From assembly GCF_004010195.1 (NCBI RefSeq), contig NC_057718.1:78116638-78180637 (forward strand): a stretch of 64,000 nucleotides of DNA, given 5' to 3'. The translations under genes and the position numbers were made by a program. Below are positions 60,871 to 64,000 of the stretch, piece after piece. This stretch comes from Chiloscyllium plagiosum (lineage: Eukaryota). How positions within the stretch are numbered: the stretch's first letter is position 1; each line of letters begins with the position of its first letter. Under the pieces are notes generated by a model. That model was not told where the DNA came from and did not search any database. It saw only the letters and a program-made list of their open reading frames with translations.

Positions 60871-62785
60871 ACCCTCATCTTCAAGCAGAAGGGGGAGAGG
60901 GAGGAACTCAAAAATTGGAGACCAACCTCACTATTGAATGCGGATTACAAAATTCTGTCAAAGGTAATCGCCAACCGGGTCAGGTCTGCTCTCGGGTCGG
61001 TGATTCACCCTGACCAAACCTGTGTTGTGCCGGGCAGAAAGATCGCTGAGAGCCTCGCGCTCCTCAGGGATACGATCGCCTACGTGCAGGACAGGGGGTT
61101 GGACACCTGCCTGGTCAGCCTGGACCAGGAGAAAGCCTTTGACAGGATATCACACAGGTATATGAGAGATGTTCTCTCCAAAATGGGCTTTGGGGAGGGA
61201 ATCTGCAATTGGATCAGACTGCTCTACACCAACATTGTCAGTGCAGCCTCAATCAATGGGTGGGAATCAGATAGCTTCCCAGTCAGATCTGGAGTCAGGC
61301 AGGGCTGCCCCCTCTCTCCTGCCTTGTTTATGTGCTGCATANNNNNNNNNNNNNNNNNNNNNNNNNNNNNNNNNNNNNNNNNNNNNNNNNNNNNNNNNNN
61401 NNNNNNNNNNNNNNNNNNNNNNNNNNNNNNNNNNNNNNNNNNNNNNNNNNNNNNNNNNNNNNNNNNNNNNNNNNNNNNNNNNNNNNNNNNNNNNNNNNNN
61501 NNNNNNNNNNNNNNNNNNNNNNNNNNNNNNNNNNNNNNNNNNNNNNNNNNNNNNNNNNNNNNNNNNNNNNNNNNNNNNNNNNNNNNNNNNNNNNNNNNNN
61601 NNNNNNNNNNNNNNNNNNNNNNNNNNNNNNNNNNNNNNNNNNNNNNNNNNNNNNNNNNNNNNNNNNNNNNNNNNNNNNNNNNNNNNNNNNNNNNNNNNNN
61701 NNNNNNNNNNNNNNNNNNNNNNNNNNNNNNNNNNNNNNNNNNNNNNNNNNNNNNNNNNNNNNNNNNNNNNNNNNNNNNNNNNNNNNNNNNNNNNNNNNNN
61801 NNNNNNNNNNNNNNNNNNNNNNNNNNNNNNNNNNNNNNNNNNNNNNNNNNNNNNNNNNNNNNNNNNNNNNNNNNNNNNNNNNNNNNNNNNNNNNNNNNNN
61901 NNNNNNNNNNNNNNNNNNNNNNNNNNNNNNNNNNNNNNNNNNNNNNNNNNNNNNNNTCCGTCAGGAAGTGGTCAGCACGTAGTGTCCTTGAGATCCTTCG
62001 GGAAAAGGAGAGGGCGGATCCTGTCGAGCGGTTCGCTGAGCAGACTGTCAAAGCCATTTGGCAGGATGCCTCATCGCCAGAACTTTCCAACACGCACCAA
62101 GACATGGCTTGGCTGGTGGTGAGAAGGGCTCTGCCTGTGAGATCATTTATGCACGCCCGGACTCTCTGCCGCACCGCACGCTGCCCTCGAAGCGGTTGCG
62201 GGGGGAACGAGACTGTCATATACCTCCTTCTGGAATGTGCCTATGCAGAGGGAGTCTGGAGAGGAATGCAGTGGTGTTTGTCGAGGTTCGTCCCGAGCAG
62301 TGCCGTGACGCGGGACTCCGTGCTCTACGGTCTGTTTCCCGGGACGCACACCGAGACGAACATCAACTGTGCCTGGAGGATCATCAACTCGGTGAAGGAC
62401 GCTCTCTGGGTGGTCTGAAACCTGCTGATCTTCCAGCTGAAGGAGTTGACCCCGACTGAGTGTTGCAGACTGGCACATTCCAAGGTCCAGGACTACGTGT
62501 TGAGGGATGCGCTGAAGCTTGGGGCAGCTGCCGCCAAGGCGCGGTGGGGAAAGATCACTGTGTAAAGTCTGCCTGCCTAACGAAGAACAGGGGGCCCATG
62601 CAGTCATTTGGGCTCTGCTGACGCCTCAGCTAATTATATGGGCATATGATTGAAAAATGTACAGACCTGTATAAAAATGATAAATTCTGAAATCTGTATG
62701 TAAATGTTTACATATGTATGGCATGACCAATTGTACAGACCATCAAATTATTTTATGAATAAAGTATATTTTTGAAATAAAAAAA
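60871..62785 (+). mobile_element. 5'-truncated Tx1-type (L1 clade) LINE: RT plus C-terminal zinc-binding domain
   Basis: Peptides NWRPTSLLNADYKILSK, LDQEKAFDRISH, GVRQGCPLSP and CPRSGCGGNETVIYLLLEC. AATAAA and poly(A). TSD ATATTTTGGATTGTGGAC at 60853-60870 and 62786-62803. Confidence 0.93.
61342..61956. other. Assembly gap (N run)
   Basis: Run of n. Confidence 1.
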
Positions 62786-63639
62786 ATATTTTGGATTGTG
62801 GACTGACATAGGTAAAGATCTATTTTAAAAAGCAAAAGATGTAAAAGGGATTGCTTTGCTTTTTAAAAGCAAGCTACCAACACATATTGTAAAGTTATTT
62901 AGACTGTGGCTTACTCACCAGTGGGGGAAGATTATTTGCTGATGAACTTGCACCAGGGTGTGTACAAAGTGGGGCTTAGTCAGCAACGAGTAGCTCATTA
63001 CTCTGTGGAGTAGTGATGACTTGTCACAAAGCCCCCCTTCCTGCCAACAACTATGTGGTTGGCGTACAAGTAGCTGAACAGTTTGTGGGTGTGAATGGTA
63101 TAGCAAGAAGCCTTAGGACCTCCGGACAGGGAGGTGCTGCCTTTCTGTGGTATAACACAACTAAAGCCTGAAGAAAGTCAGTTTATTTCCCTCATCAATT
63201 GCTGTAGGCTGTGGCTTGTAGCCAATAAGACAGCAATTTCTAAACCAGTCACATTGTGCCTCTTGATAGCAGATGAAAGTATTTCGAGAAGAAAGATCAA
63301 GGACCAGCAAGTCATTGTGAACCAAAAGGAACACCTGAGTGAACCATGAAGACAGGGACTACTGAACTTCATTCCCATCCATCCATACCACTGACTTTTT
63401 TTGCATCTTTCTTTATGTGTGTGCAAGGACAATTTTATAACAGGTTTGAGAGTTTCAGTGGAGTTACATGTCAACAATTCATATTTGTTTACCTACAGTA
63501 ATTTGTAATAAGTAATAATTCTTGTTCAGCACAGGAACCTGGTCCATGCTTCTGTTAACCTGGATCTAAAAAGACAGGCAGATTTGGAATTTTGTGAACA
63601 TTGATAAAATCTTTAACTTCTGTGACAACTCCAGGATTA

Positions 63640-63850
63640 GCAAGACTTGATTTCCAATGTGCTAACTCAATGAGTTGCGACAATATTCAAGATGGAAATC
63701 AATAGATTTCTACATGTTAAAAACATCAAAGGACAAAATGGTGGTTCAGGAAAATCAAATTGAAGTAGATGATCAGCCACAATCTTATTGAATGCCAGAA
63801 AAGACTCAACAGGCTGAATGGCCTACTCCTGCTCCTGTGTCTTATGTTTT
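63640..63850 (+). mobile_element. Degenerate CR1-type 3' tail
   Basis: GATCAGCCACAATCTTATTGAATG..GGCTGAATGGCCTACTCCTGCTCCT..CTTATGTT. Confidence 0.65.
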
Positions 63851-64000
63851 TCATATGATTTTCCAATGGGGATCCTTTCTGAACATTTACATATATTTTA
63901 ATTTTTATATTGTATATTAATTTACTTTCTCTCATCTGCCTTGAGCAAACTAGATGCTGAGAGTTCTTGAGCTGGAAGTCAGACCAGGTTGACAATTTCA

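Overview
Eukaryotic, repeat-dense vertebrate DNA, most likely from a shark (elasmobranch). This is inferred from HE1/V-SINE-type SINEs and HER1/CR1-type LINEs. There are three assembly gaps. Two host genes are present. The first is the last four coding exons and 3' UTR of afadin (AFDN, + strand, 2746-18731), with signs of alternative C-termini. The second is an intronless platelet-activating-factor-receptor-like GPCR (35961-36977, +). The rest is nested mobile DNA: many CR1 LINE fragments, a second LINE family, tRNA-derived SINEs, a TA-flanked MITE, a young 5'-truncated Tx1-type LINE with a perfect 18-bp TSD, and a full-length degenerate Gmr1-like Gypsy LTR element (integrase upstream of RT) plus a partial relative. 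The most notable hidden pattern is about 14 short Penelope-like terminal-repeat cassettes in three sequence families. Several carry a minimal hammerhead-ribozyme core (CUGANGA-A-stem II-GAAA, with palindromic ACGU or AGCU at stem III). Many are fold-back palindromes flanked by 9-15 bp TSDs, and one is attached to a GIY-YIG endonuclease remnant. All family assignments are from motif recognition and memory; no database search was run.
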